A stretch of DNA of 64,000 nt, taken from an uncultured Chthonomonadaceae bacterium. GTDB taxonomy: Bacteria > Armatimonadota > Chthonomonadetes > Chthonomonadales > Chthonomonadaceae. The first letter of the stretch is position 1, and each line of letters begins with the position of its first letter. The notes under the pieces were generated by a model. The model saw only the letters and a list, made by a program, of their open reading frames with translations, was not told where the DNA came from and ran no database searches. Positions 48,461 through 59,678 of the stretch are shown here, piece by piece. The translations under genes and the position numbers were made by a program. The stretch is from contig CAWFQB010000003.1 in assembly GCA_963817895.1 (NCBI GenBank), positions 320,001 through 384,000 on the forward strand, written 5' to 3'.

Positions 48461-50755
48461 CTACGGCGCGGGCAATCGGTAGCAGTAAGCGGTGTAGCGA
48501 AACTCGCTCCACGCGAGTTCGGGCATGGGGTCGCCGGGGAAAAGTGGGCGCGATACGGGGGTAAACCGTACCTGTACGCGGATTTGCGAACGTCCCTGCG
48601 TCAGGGCGCGGGGCAGCAGAAACTCGTCGTCGCGAAAACGGCGGTTAGAAGTTTGGGCGATATGCTGCGTCGCGCCGAGTTCGTCTTTCGGATTAGAGTA
48701 CACGCAGGTATTAGAACCAGCCAGATACCAGACGCCCGCTCTTTTCCATTGCGGTTTAGAGGGTGGATCAGGACTAGCCCTCATCCCCGGTTCTTCTCCC
48801 AACTTTGGGAGAAGGGAGTTGTTCGGCGCATCGGCAAGGTAGATTTCCGCCTGCTGATTGGGATAAGCGTAGTCCAGTTTGCGGCGCAGCAGAACGCCCA
48901 GGTTCTTCGGGTCGAGGCGCAGGGTGAATTCTGATACGCCTTTCATCGTTCGGCCCTAATCGGTTTGAGTGGGATAAATTTCCTGTCCGCGCAGGGTGTC
49001 CACGCCCCATTCATAGCGCGATGTGAGCGTGTACGGCGTTCCGGCGGTTGGCGAAACATAGTCGTGCGCGCGTTCGCTGTTCCGTATCGCCGACATGCAG
49101 TTCATCCGTTTGCATCAGCGCGGGGTGATTGACGCCGTACCAGTATGTGACCGTTTCGTAGTGTCCGGTTGATTCGTTCGTGCCGCCGTGTTCCAGTCGA
49201 ATGCAGGGCGTTTTTGCCGAAGGGCATCAGATCCGCCAAGCAGGAAACGGTACGCGGACTCGATCTTGTCTTCCTCGTTCTTCGCCTGCTTCGGGTTGGG
49301 CGCGCCGGTGGGATGGCCGGCAAGGGGCAGCGTCATGTTCTGCCCGCCCCAGTAATCGCCGCCCCCGCCCCACTCCTCGGTTCCCGTGCCCTGCGCCTGC
49401 GGCGTCTGGCTGTCATCGAAAAAGAAGCGCGGGTCGCCTTCCAGCGTGCCTAGATTCGCGTTATGCGAGAAGATGAACGACGTGCCGACAAGATGCCCCG
49501 CCCAATCGCCGCCGCCTTCCGTCTGTTTCGTATCCAGCAGAACCAGATCCTGTCCGGGTTCGGGGTGAGGATGGTCGCGGTACGTGGCGTGGAAATAGCC
49601 CACTTCGTCCGGGCGGGCATGAAGCGTTTCGTAGCGAACATTCCACGTCACATTATGTACATCGGCGTCGTCCGCGCCAACAAGTTCGATATGCGCGGCA
49701 TGGAAGAACGGCATGGGGAAATAGCAGGCGCAATGCACGCGCGTGGCATCGTAGCGGACGGACACGGGCAGGCTTTTCACCAGATACTCGCGATTGTCGC
49801 GGTTATACAGCGTTCCCGCGCCGAAGAACAGGGCAATGGGCGCGTCAATGGAGGGCATTTTAGGCGGTTTTGCCGTCATCGTCCCACGTAATGCGCAGGC
49901 GGGCATGTCCCAGATGCAAGCGCCTGTTCGCGGGGAGCGGAGAGTTCGAGGGCGCGTAGCATGCCGGGCGCGTGAACAATGCGGGCAAGGGTGACGGGAC
50001 TGTTGCGGGGAATTTTGACGTTGCCGTTGAGGACGCGCAAGCCGCGCTTTTTGGCGTCGGGCGTGTCGGGGCGGGGCGCGATGTCGGTTCCCGCCCGGTT
50101 CAGCAAATCCAGAACGTCATGCGTCGGGAACCGAAGCCGGTTTCCAGGCGCGAAGGGGGCGCGACAGCTTTGCGCCGGGCAGATACTGGTGATAGATGTA
50201 GTAGCCCGTGCCATAGTGCGTCCGGCTGTACGCCATTTGAAAACTTCGCGTAAACCCGATGGGAACCCACGACAGGTCGGCTCCCTGCGTGTCCGCCCAT
50301 GTCCATGCAAGGGGATTGGGAAACGCGGACTGCGGGCAGAAACACGGAATTGGGCGCGGGATGAACAGGGTCAGCCGTGCTGGTTTCCTGAACCGGTTGT
50401 CGGTACCGTCCACCACATAATGCCACGGACTGCCGTGCCAGTGGTTGGTACGGACGAAATACAGGATGCCCGCGCCCTCGACATCCAGACTGACGTTGAA
50501 ATCGTCCGCTGTCTGGTACAGAAAATGGCTGGCGTCCGCGCCCTCGTTGCCGCCCGCGCGGTCATACGTGCTGCGCATATACGCCCGTTCCCCGATTCGC
50601 TGATACGGCCACCGCTCCCACTGCCGGTACGCATCCAGCCCAATGGGAATGACAGGCGGTTCCTGCGCCGCGACAACCGAACCTGTCAGCAACAGCAGCA
50701 ATACCGTATAAAGCGTTTGAAAACACACTTTCAGTGGCATACACGGTTTATTCAT
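48461..50755 (-). CDS. DUF2961 (GH172-like) exported protein; multiple frameshifts
   Basis: STYDRAGGNE, YFPMPF, GYFHATY, LEGDPRFFFD, GTGTEEW. Confidence 0.75.
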
Positions 50756-50866
50756 TTGGATGTTTTGAACGCTTCAGCGCCACATTCAGCAAAACAATGA
50801 GCGGCCCGGTATTCGTCAGCACTACAGTTTGCCTTCCTGATGCTTCTTTCTCAGCATCGCGCGGTA

Positions 50867-51211
50867 TCAGGCAGCGGCGTTTTGTTCGCGCCAATTCCAT
50901 GTCTTGTAGAGGGTGTCGAGAACTTCGCGCAGTTCGTTGGCGATTGCTTCGGGCGGATTGCCTGCCAGAGCGGACGCGACAAGACGCTCGGCCTCCCGAT
51001 ACTCGCCACAATCCAGTGCCAGCGTTGCCGCGCTGCGATGCAAGACTGAACGGGTCGGCTCCGTCTGCGCCTGTTCTGCCGCCTGCTTCTCCAGCACAAA
51101 GGCGTGGTAGGCTAAGGAACGCGCCGTTGCGAAATCGTTCCGTCGTCGAGCGGTAAATGCCTGCTCCGCCAACTCCATTGCCTGCTGATGTTGTTCGTTA
51201 AGGCTGTTCAT
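50867..51211 (-). CDS. Small helical (TPR-like) conserved hypothetical protein
   Basis: HQQAMELAEQA, EPTRSVLHRSAATLALDCGE, GNPPEAIANEL; overlaps upstream gene. Confidence 0.75.
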   Translation of the reverse strand: MNSLNEQHQQAMELAEQAFTARRRNDFATARSLAYHAFVLEKQAAEQAQTEPTRSVLHRSAATLALDCGEYREAERLVASALAGNPPEAIANELREVLDTLYKTWNWREQNAAA

Positions 51212-51764
51212 CCTGCTCCATCCATACCCCCGGCGTATGAAACTCCACAACGACAATGTACGCCGGAAACTCTCCTGCGGAACGCCGCGTCTGCCGTATC
51301 TTCTCGCGTATGCGCGCTTCAACAATGTCTGTCGCGCCGTGTAATATCCCTGACACTTCCAGACGCGCTTTGCGTTCCAGCGGCTCTAACTGGCTGTCCG
51401 GCGAATTGACCGCGCCCAACCAGTAGTCGAAACCTGTCCCCTTGACACTACGTTCGACAACAGTATACCCGGTCAGTTCACGCGCTGCCAGAATAGCGAC
51501 GCCGCAGGCTCCCAATTCCGTCGCCTCCTGCAAATCCTGATACGCTCGACGCATCGTTTCGGATACCGGCAAGCGGTAAAACGTAAATGCCTGTTGGTCT
51601 GCCTGTCATCGCGCCTGCAACAAGCAATTCTCGCCATGCTCCTGATGGGCGAGACATACTGAGGCAGCTTCAGCCAATGCGCCTCCAAGAGCCGGAGTCA
51701 GAGCGGGCATACCCTCAATCAAACTCGCCAGATGTAATGTAATAAGTTCTCTTACTTCCGCCAT
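51198..51764 (-). CDS. Hypothetical protein with restriction-endonuclease-like motifs; frameshift near 51580
   Basis: EATELGACG, GTGFDYWLG, ARLEVSGI, IVVVEF. Confidence 0.65.
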
Positions 51765-51900
51765 ATCCGCTATTTTCTTCTCTAATATTTCTGTCCGGTA
51801 TCAGGCTTTGCGCAAGTTTGCGTTCGCCAGAGTGCCATACACGGCAGGTTTGAATCAACAGACTGGTGGAAATAACGGCGCAATTGGCAACAATAACGTT

Positions 51901-53241
51901 TCAGGGCGTTGGTATTTCCGGGTCAACGAGGGCAGTGGACACGACTGCTTGCGTCAGACGTTCGCCCTCGCGGGGCTTTGTGATGGCGCGGGGAATGAGG
52001 GGCAGCACGGGCAGAATCAGGCCGGTAAACACAGTCGTCACGATCAGCGCGAGGGTAAATCCGCCCTTCTCATACAGCCACGAACCGAACAGGTCACTGG
52101 TATCCGCCGCCAGCGCGCTGGCGGCTCCCACAAACAGGAACGCCGCGCCCTCCAATTCCGGCGGGCAGCACCGAATCAGCAGATCGTTAAAAGCGCACAA
52201 CGCCACGCTGAGGGAAACGCCGGCCAGAAACGCGATCCCATACGCCTGCGCCTGATTGTGAATCAGCAGGAAGAGGGGGCAGCCGATGATGCCCAGCAGC
52301 GTTCCCCGTAGAGCAGGGGACGCAGGGACAGGCGGGTACAAAGCAGAGTATAGGCAAACGCCGAAACCAGGGTTCCTGCTCCCAACAGCGCCATCGCGTT
52401 GCCATAAGCGGATTCGGAGAGTTTCACGGTATTGGTCAGATAAAAGAACAGCGGCGTTCCCCATCCCGGCGCGAAAGCCCAGAGAAAGACAATGAGGGCA
52501 GGCAGATAAATGGCGCGGTGTCCTGCCAGACGGCGCAGCGCATGAAGCGCGTTCTCCGGCACGGCGCGGACAAGCAGGTCGTCTTCATGGGCAAACGCGG
52601 CGCGGGGCCGGAAGAACGCGAGGGCTACCATCGGGAGGCACAGCGCGGCGGAAATCCAGAAAGCGGTATGCTGATGCGCGGCATCGGAAAGATGCCCGCC
52701 CGCCGCATTGGAAGCAATACTGATGAGGCGGGGAACTACGAGCAGGGCGACGGAGAGACGTCCGGCCATCCCGTTATACTGGCTTATGGAGGTCAGCAGG
52801 CCGTTCACCGCCGCGCCCATCCATACGGAAAACACGCCGAACAGCAGCAAACACGCTCAATACGCGCCCGTATGTGAAGGTTCCGAAACCGAGCAGGCAT
52901 AAAGAGCCGGCCATCAGCAGAGGCAGAAACAAAAAATAGCCCCGGTCGCCCCGCCCGAGAGGACGCCAGCGGTCCCGAATAAATCCAAAAGCAAAACCGA
53001 GATAAAAGGGTATGTCTATTAGCAGAGTGAACACGGAAATTTGCGGCGGCGAGAGTTTGAAGGTGTTCTTGAGCAGGAATTGAAGCGGAATTCCGTAAAC
53101 GCCGATGCTGCCGAGGTTGAACAGCAACAGCAGCAGAACGGCGTAAGCGGCAATTCGCCCGGTTTGCCGGGGGGCAATGGTGGCCGCGCCTTCCAGGGAT
53201 GCGCCTGAAGGGGCGTCAACAACATCAAGCGGAGTGGGCAT
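51901..53241 (-). CDS. MFS transporter (BT1-like); frameshifted
   Basis: Many TM segments over three overlapping ORFs; FGFIRDRW.PLG, PLFFYLTN, LFGSWLY. Confidence 0.75.
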
Positions 53242-53423
53242 GAGAAATCTCCATATTGTGCGGTAAACAAGAGAAGCAGTTGAGAAATGACGCTTTTCTA
53301 CGCTCGACGTTGAGAGTTCTCTTTAATTCAACAAAGTTCTTGTGACTCCTGCAAATTAATCTATATAATTATTCCCATCGCAAGATTGATTTTCCATTTG
53401 ATAATGTTGTCATAACAGGAAAT

Positions 53424-53497
53424 CGGCGACGGCGGGCCTCGAACCCGCGCCTTCTCCCTGAAAAGGAGATGTTCTTCGCGTTTGAAACTACGTCACC
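53424..53497 (-). tRNA. tRNA-like RNA, anticodon TTC (Glu), non-canonical D/T loops
   Basis: GGTGACG TA GTTT-CAAACGCGAA-GAAC A TCTCC-TTTTCAG-GGAGA AGGC GCGGG-TTCGAGG-CCCGC CGTCGCC G. Confidence 0.75.
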
Positions 53498-53548
53498 GGT
53501 AGAGCAATCCCAAACAAGGTAAACACAGCGGAAAGCGTCTTTATCGAA

Positions 53549-53622
53549 GGGCGGACGACGGGCCTCGAACCCATACCTCAACATTTGCAGTGTTGTGTTC
53601 TTCGCGTTTGAACTACGCCGCC
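53549..53622 (-). tRNA. tRNA-like RNA, anticodon GCA (Cys), bulged acceptor stem
   Basis: GGCGGCG TA GTTC-AAACGCGAA-GAAC A CAACA-CTGCAAA-TGTTG AGGT ATGGG-TTCGAGG-CCCGT CGTCCGCC. Confidence 0.75.
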
Positions 53623-53664
53623 ATATACATACGCGCTCTTCAACCATTTGTAAACGGGAAGGGT

Positions 53665-53739
53665 CGGCGGCGATGGGCCTCGAACCCATACCTTGAGACT
53701 TATGAGGAGCCATGTTCTTCGCGTTTAAACTACGCCGCC
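53665..53739 (-). tRNA. tRNA-like RNA, anticodon loop CTCATAA (CAT), imperfect extended anticodon stem
   Basis: GGCGGCG TA GTTT-AAACGCGAA-GAAC A TGGCTC-CTCATAA-GTCTCA AGGT ATGGG-TTCGAGG-CCCAT CGCCGCC G. Confidence 0.7.
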
Positions 53740-53762
53740 GATAGTGACCGATAGGAACTCTG

Positions 53763-54717
53763 TCACGCTGCCGCAACCGGTGGAGAAGCGGCGGCGCGGT
53801 TTTGTCGCCACACGCGCCACTGTTCCAGCGCGGCGGCGGCCAGAATGATGAAGGCCACGAACAGGTTGGATTGTTCGGGCGGGCGGTGGGTTAAAATCAG
53901 GGCGTTGCGCAGCAGGGCGATCAGCAATGCGCCCAACGCGGCTCCCAACAGGCTGCCGTCGCCCCCCGTGATGCGGATGCCGCCGACCACGCAGGCCGCA
54001 ATCACGTTCAGTTCCGCGCCCTCGCCCACAACCGATTGCGTGGTGTTGTTGAACCCCATCAGAATCAGGCCCTGCCAGTCCCGCGCACAGTCCTGACAGC
54101 AGATACGTCCACCGCTTCACGCCCCCGACGGCTATGCCCGACAGCCGCGCCGATTGCTCACTTCCGCCAATGGCAAGCGTCCACCGTCCCAACCGGGTTT
54201 GGCGGGAAAGCGAAACAAATACGCCCGTTACGACAACAAGCAGCAGCGTGGGCATCCAGCCAGTTCCCAACACGCGGAACGCATCGGGAAACGGGCCGAA
54301 GTTGCGGGCATGGGTGAGCAGGCTCGTGCCGTGCCGAAACAGCAACAGCGTGGCAAGCGTGGTCAGAATGGGCGGCAGGCGGCGGTACGTGACCAATGCG
54401 CCGTTGATACTGCCCGCAATCGCGCCCGCGCCCAACCCGCACACGACACTGAGCGGCCATGCCAATCCCGCCGCCAGCGTGAGCGCGGTCACGCAGCTTG
54501 ACAGCGCGACAATCGCCCCGACCGACAAATCCAGCCCGCCACCGAGTATTACCAGCCCCTCGCCACACGCCATGACGCCGATAAACGCGGCCTCCTGCCC
54601 CACAATGCTCAGATTGCTGCCGCCCCGAAACGAAGGAACGGTTTGCAGCATCCAGCCGCACAACAGGGCAATCAGCAGGAGGGTGGGAAACTCGCGTGGC
54701 ACAGTTCGGGAATGCAT
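53763..54717 (-). CDS. Sugar ABC transporter permease (RbsC-like); frameshift near 54070
   Basis: GGLDLSVGA, LPPILTTLAT, AIGGSEQSARLSGI, ELNVIAACVVGG. Confidence 0.88.
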
Positions 54718-54720
54718 TGT

Positions 54721-56017
54721 CTATCCCGCCTTCGCCATCACGCCCACAAACAGCAGCGCGCCCGTTTGCCGGTCACGAATGGCGTACAAAAACGGGCGGT
54801 CAAAAACAAGGTGGAACGGAGGATGGACAGGCATGGCAAGGCTGCGCGACATTATCACGGCGGTTGCGGCAGCGGCTTCCGTACCCTGTTCGTTCACCTC
54901 CACGAATGTTTTATGGATCACCTTGCTAATAAAAAGCGGGTGACGGCTCATGCCGGAAAAGTTGGCGGTCGCGTCAAACGCCGCGCCCATGCCCAGCGTG
55001 GTCAGCGGCTCGTTCAGTTCCGTGCCGTATTCGGCGCGGAAACGGGGCAGTTCCACCGTACCCGGCTGAACGAACAGGCTTGTCGTCCATTTCTGCCAGT
55101 TTTCCGGCGTGGCCTCGCTCACAATTCGGTTCAGCGACGCGCCCGGTGACGGCAGCAGCAGCAGCATATCCAGACGATTGCCCGCATATGGCAGGCTGAC
55201 CATCTGAAAGTTCGGGGTTTGATAGTAGCCGAATTTGCCGTTCGTCCGCATCATTTTGCACGTCTGCGGGTTTCCATGCGCGGGGTGAAACGGTTTTTCG
55301 GTTGTCAGTTTCGCATCGAACGGGGTTTGCCACAGCCCTTTGAAGTACACGGCGTTGATGAGCGCGGCCTCCATGCCCGCCACTTCCCGCGCGGTCACGA
55401 TTTGCGTGATTTTGTGGTTTGTGTGTTGGTCTACCCAGGCGTTGATGGATTGGGGCGCGCCCTGCAAACCGTCAATCTGCGCGTTATAAAACTGCTGCGC
55501 GCGCTGAAGAAAGTCCGGCAAAATCTCCTCCCGTTTGCGCAGCCACAGGGAATTGGCGATGTCGAGCAGGGGCGGGGTAACGGCAGACGCGGCAGGAGGC
55601 GGGCGCGTTCGGCTTTGCGGCAGGCGTTTTTTCCGGCGCGGTCAGGCTGGAAAGCAGGGCGTGACTGGATTGGTTCACGTCCTCCAGACTCATCCCGTCC
55701 AATCCGAGCGCTTTTGCCATTGCCTCCTGCGTGGTTCCCTTTGCGCCGTTGTAGGTCATTTGAAGCGCGAACGCGATGCTGACGGGCGAAATGCAGATAT
55801 TGGTATCCGCATCTTTTTTGAGTATTTCGTCGAACAGGCGAAAGCCGAACCGATTGTCGGCGTTCGCGATTTTATCCCCGGCAACGGCGGCAACGGGTTG
55901 CGAGCGCGAAGTGGAAGGCATGGACGAAGTTCCTTTCTGCGCGCGTCCCATCAGCGGAAGCGCAGCCAGACAGCAGACAGCACAAGCCGTTTTTACGCGA
56001 CCGGATTTATAGCGCAT
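54721..56017 (-). CDS. Secreted serpin; frameshift(s) near 55520-55600
   Basis: NICISPVSI, INAVYFKGLW, hinge EVNEQGTEAAAAT, FDRPFLYAI..LFVG. Confidence 0.92.
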
Positions 56018-56154
56018 TGTTCTTAGACCTTCCTGTCTTTCTCCTCGTTCTTCCTGCAACACTGTCAGCAGTTGTTCCCGACCGCGCCATTCAGGCTCGT
56101 ATTCAGGTATTTTGATGCTTTCAGACGAACGAAGTTCATGCCGACTGTTTGCTG

Positions 56155-56763
56155 TCAGGAAATCTCTTGTCGCAGCATGGCAAGCAGAATACCGACAACC
56201 TTCTCAATATTACCAAGATAGTACAGGTCGCTGTCAGCGGTCGCGGCGGTTCCCTGAAGACGTAAAAACTGCCAGTCCGTGCCGGTCGTAATCACCCCGT
56301 AAAGCGTTGCGATAGGACGTTCCTGAGCTGTATTGAATATCTGCGCGGCAACGAGTTCGGCAAGGCATTGCGGGATGCCGGCGAGGATGTTCTCCTTTTT
56401 TGCCTCCACTATAGAAACAACGGGGGCCGAAACGACAAGCGCATCCGGCGTCAGGCTGAACAGGAAATCGCAATAGCCGGACAGTCCGCGCGGAACGTCT
56501 ACATCAAATTCGATGCCGGAAAACAGGCTGGCCTGTTCGCGCCGCTGCTGGCATACTTCGGCAAGAATGGGCGCGATGAGATACTCGGAACGCGCTTTAT
56601 CCGAACCGCTCGGCAGGGCAAAGCGGGAATTTTGCGCCAGCATCAGACGCAGCAATTCCGAAACAGGCGCGGACGGCACGGCGCTGAAAAGACCGGCCTG
56701 CCTGTGAATGCGAATACCGAAGTCGCGTTCCAATTGCGGAATCGTGAACTGATTGTAGGCCAT
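56155..56763 (-). CDS. Conserved hypothetical protein with PD-(D/E)XK-like motifs
   Basis: SDKARSEYLIAPIL, GYCDFLFS, IVEAKKE, QCLAELVAAQIFN, YGVITTGTDWQFL. Confidence 0.75.
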   Translation of the reverse strand: MAYNQFTIPQLERDFGIRIHRQAGLFSAVPSAPVSELLRLMLAQNSRFALPSGSDKARSEYLIAPILAEVCQQRREQASLFSGIEFDVDVPRGLSGYCDFLFSLTPDALVVSAPVVSIVEAKKENILAGIPQCLAELVAAQIFNTAQERPIATLYGVITTGTDWQFLRLQGTAATADSDLYYLGNIEKVVGILLAMLRQEIS

Positions 56764-57064
56764 GAAGCGGACTCCTCGACGCAGGCAAATGCGTACTATT
56801 CCATTATACCCTGTACTTACAGGGCGCTCTTTGTAGATTCTTGTGGATGCGTTCAAAACGCGAAATGGTAAGAATCGGAAAATATTGCAGGAATATGGCT
56901 TGTCGCGCTGGAATAGTCTCCTCGTGTCCTCGACGCTCAACGGCTTCGGCGTTTCCCTGCGCGTTGTCTCTTCTGATCGTTTGTCCGATTACGGGAACGA
57001 AACGCCTGTTATAGCCTGCGCCCGATTTTTGGGCGCTGAATGCCTGTCGTAAAAGGAAACCGCC

Positions 57065-59222
57065 ATGCTGCTGTCTGCCAGCCTGCTGCTGCTTGCCACC
57101 CTTCCCAGTGGCGTCAACCCATCGGCCAAAATTATGTCACCCATTCAAAACACGGACTTCTATCTCCACACCCGACAGCCCGGAAAAGCGCAGAGTTGCG
57201 CCGCCGCATACGCTGGACACGCCCCGCGCATTTCCCGAACCTTGCCGACCGCAAAGCGTGGGAAGCGCGCCGGCGAACAGATTCGCCAGCAGGTTCTCGT
57301 CTCCTGCGGCCTGTATCCCCTCCCGCCCAAAACGCCCCTGAAAGCCAAAATCTTCGGGCGCGTCGAACGCGACGGCTACACCATCGAAAAAGTCTACTTC
57401 CAGACCTATCCCGGCTTCTATCTGGCGGGCAATCTGTACCGGCCGGGTAAGGGTATCGGGAGTAGGGGCGTGGGGAGCGGAGGAGTCAGGAAGAACGCTC
57501 CTCACACCCCACTCCCCACACCCGACATCCCGGCATTTTGATCGCGCACGGCCATTGGGACGACGGGCGCATGGCGGACGGGCCGGACGGCTCGATTGCG
57601 GCGCGCGCAATTACGTTTGCGCGGCAGGGTTGCGTGGCCTTTACCTATGACATGGTGGGCTACAACGATACGCGGCAGATTCCCAAGCACCGGACGTTCG
57701 GGGCGGACCGGGAACACTGGCTGTGGGGCGTGTCGCTCATGGGGCTGCAAACGTGGAACAGCGTCCGCGCCCTCGATTTTCTTGAATCGCCTGCCGGATG
57801 TGGACAAGTCGCGGCTTGCCATCACGGGCGAATCGGGCGGCGGCACGCAGACCATGATGCTGGGCGCGATTGACGACCGGCTGGCAGCCGTCGCGCCGTG
57901 CGTGATGGTGTCGCACTCCATGCAGGGCGGCTGTTTGTGCGAAAACGCGCCCGGGCTGCGCGTGGATTTTTCCAACATGGAGATCGCCGCCGCTGCCGCG
58001 CCCAAACCGCAGATCATGGTGGGCGCGACCGGGGACTGGACCGAGACCATGATGACCGTAGAGGGTCCGGCGGTGCAAGCGTGTACAATCTGGACGGACA
58101 GCCGGACAATTTCAAGTACGTGATCTTTCCCTTCAACCACAACATCAACAAAACCAGCCGGGACGCCGTGTATCAGTTCTTCGGCAAAGTTCTGCTGCAC
58201 GATCCGAACGCCGACCATTTTACGGAGCCGCCGTATCAGCGCGAAGCCGTTGCCGACCTGCGCGTGTTCCCCGACAACACGCCCCTGCCCGCCGACGCCA
58301 AAACCGATGTCCAACTCACGCAGTACCTCAAGGAGTTGGGACAGCAGCAGTTGGAAAAAGCGAAGCCACATGACAGGCGCAGCCTGACCGCGTTCAAAAA
58401 AACGTATCAGCCGGCGTTGGGAACGGACGCTGGAACTGGAACTCGTCCGCGCAGTTGTCAGCCATCGAATTCTACGGAGAAATCTACGCAGACTCGCCGA
58501 AGGCTACCTCATCAGTCATGCGCGTATCGGGCGGCAGGGACACGACGAATCCATTCCTCTCATCCGCGTCACGCCTGCTAATTCCTCTAATCAGGCGGTT
58601 ATTCTGCTCCATCCGCAGGGCAAAACCGCGCTGATGGCAGTAAATGGACAGCCCGGTTCTATAGTGCGCGCGTTACTGGCGAAAGGCCGAACGGTTATCC
58701 TCCCGGACGTATTCCTGACCGGCGAACGCGCCAATTCTGCGGTTTCCGTTTCGCGGCGCAAGGTAACAGGATAATTTTGGCGAGTTCTTCACCACGTACA
58801 ACCGCACCGATCTGCAAGAGCGCGTACAGGACATTCTTACCGTTTGCGCGTATCTGCGTCAGATGGACGGCAAAACAAAGATAACGCTGGTGGGAATGGA
58901 GCAGGCAGGGATATGGGCGATGCTGGCCGCGCCCGCCGCCGATGCCGTCATTGCCGACTGCAATCAACTCGACCTGACCAACGACGACGCGCTGCTGTCG
59001 GACGACCTGTTCGTACCCTGCCTGCGCAAAATGGGAGATTTCCGAACCAGTCTGACGCTTGCCGCGCCCCATCCCCTTCTGCTGCACAACACGGGCGCGA
59101 AGTTCACTGCTGCCGACTGGCTGCATGATGTGTACGCCGGTGTCGCCGCCATGCCGAAACTGCAAGCCTCCCCTGAACGTCTGACGTCTGACGCGCTTGT
59201 AAACTGGCTGACCACGCATTAG
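57065..59222 (+). CDS. Alpha/beta hydrolase (acetylxylan esterase-like); multiple frameshifts
   Basis: YTIEKVYFQ..PG..LAGNLYRP, HGHW, YDMVGY, TGESGGG, GGCLCEN. Confidence 0.8.
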
Positions 59223-59333
59223 CGATCTTTGCATGCGCTTTGCAGGAATTGCTTTTCCTCTGTCTAACTTAGCCTTGAAGAAGGCTGTGGTACAATGTTC
59301 AACATCGCGCAATATCACAACGAGGACTGAATC

Positions 59334-59678
59334 ATGAGTCAGGCAGTAACCGAACAGATTTCCGCTGGCGATTGGAACGCCACTCCTCCCGCTGTACAGC
59401 AACACCTGATTGCGTTAGAGCGGGAAATGAACTCTGCGCGTGAACAACTGCGTAAACTTGAACTCGCGCAGGAAGTCGGAGGGGAACGTCACCGGCACAG
59501 ACTTGAGCGCTACCATGCGCTTGTGGAACAGCAGTTTCTCTCAGGATTGACTCCGGAAGAGCAGCAGGAGATTGAGCGGCTTGGCCGGGAAATAGATGCG
59601 GCAAATTCTGCCTTTTACCCTTCCCTTGCGTCGCTTGCGGAAACCATTGAACTGCACACGGGAAAACAGCCCAAATGA
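59334..59678 (+). CDS. Small coiled-coil hypothetical protein
   Basis: GAGGA SD, TGG-TACAAT extended -10 upstream; ATGA overlap with HNH gene. Confidence 0.7.
   Translation: MSQAVTEQISAGDWNATPPAVQQHLIALEREMNSAREQLRKLELAQEVGGERHRHRLERYHALVEQQFLSGLTPEEQQEIERLGREIDAANSAFYPSLASLAETIELHTGKQPK

Noticed and set aside
53424..53739. CRISPR array reading of the repeated gggcctcgaaccc / gttcttcgcgttt blocks
   Set aside because: The two alternating conserved blocks fold as tRNA arms, and no cas genes are present
53369..53776. 135-aa ORF with repeated GFEARR peptide
   Set aside because: Translation of the tRNA-like T-arm repeats
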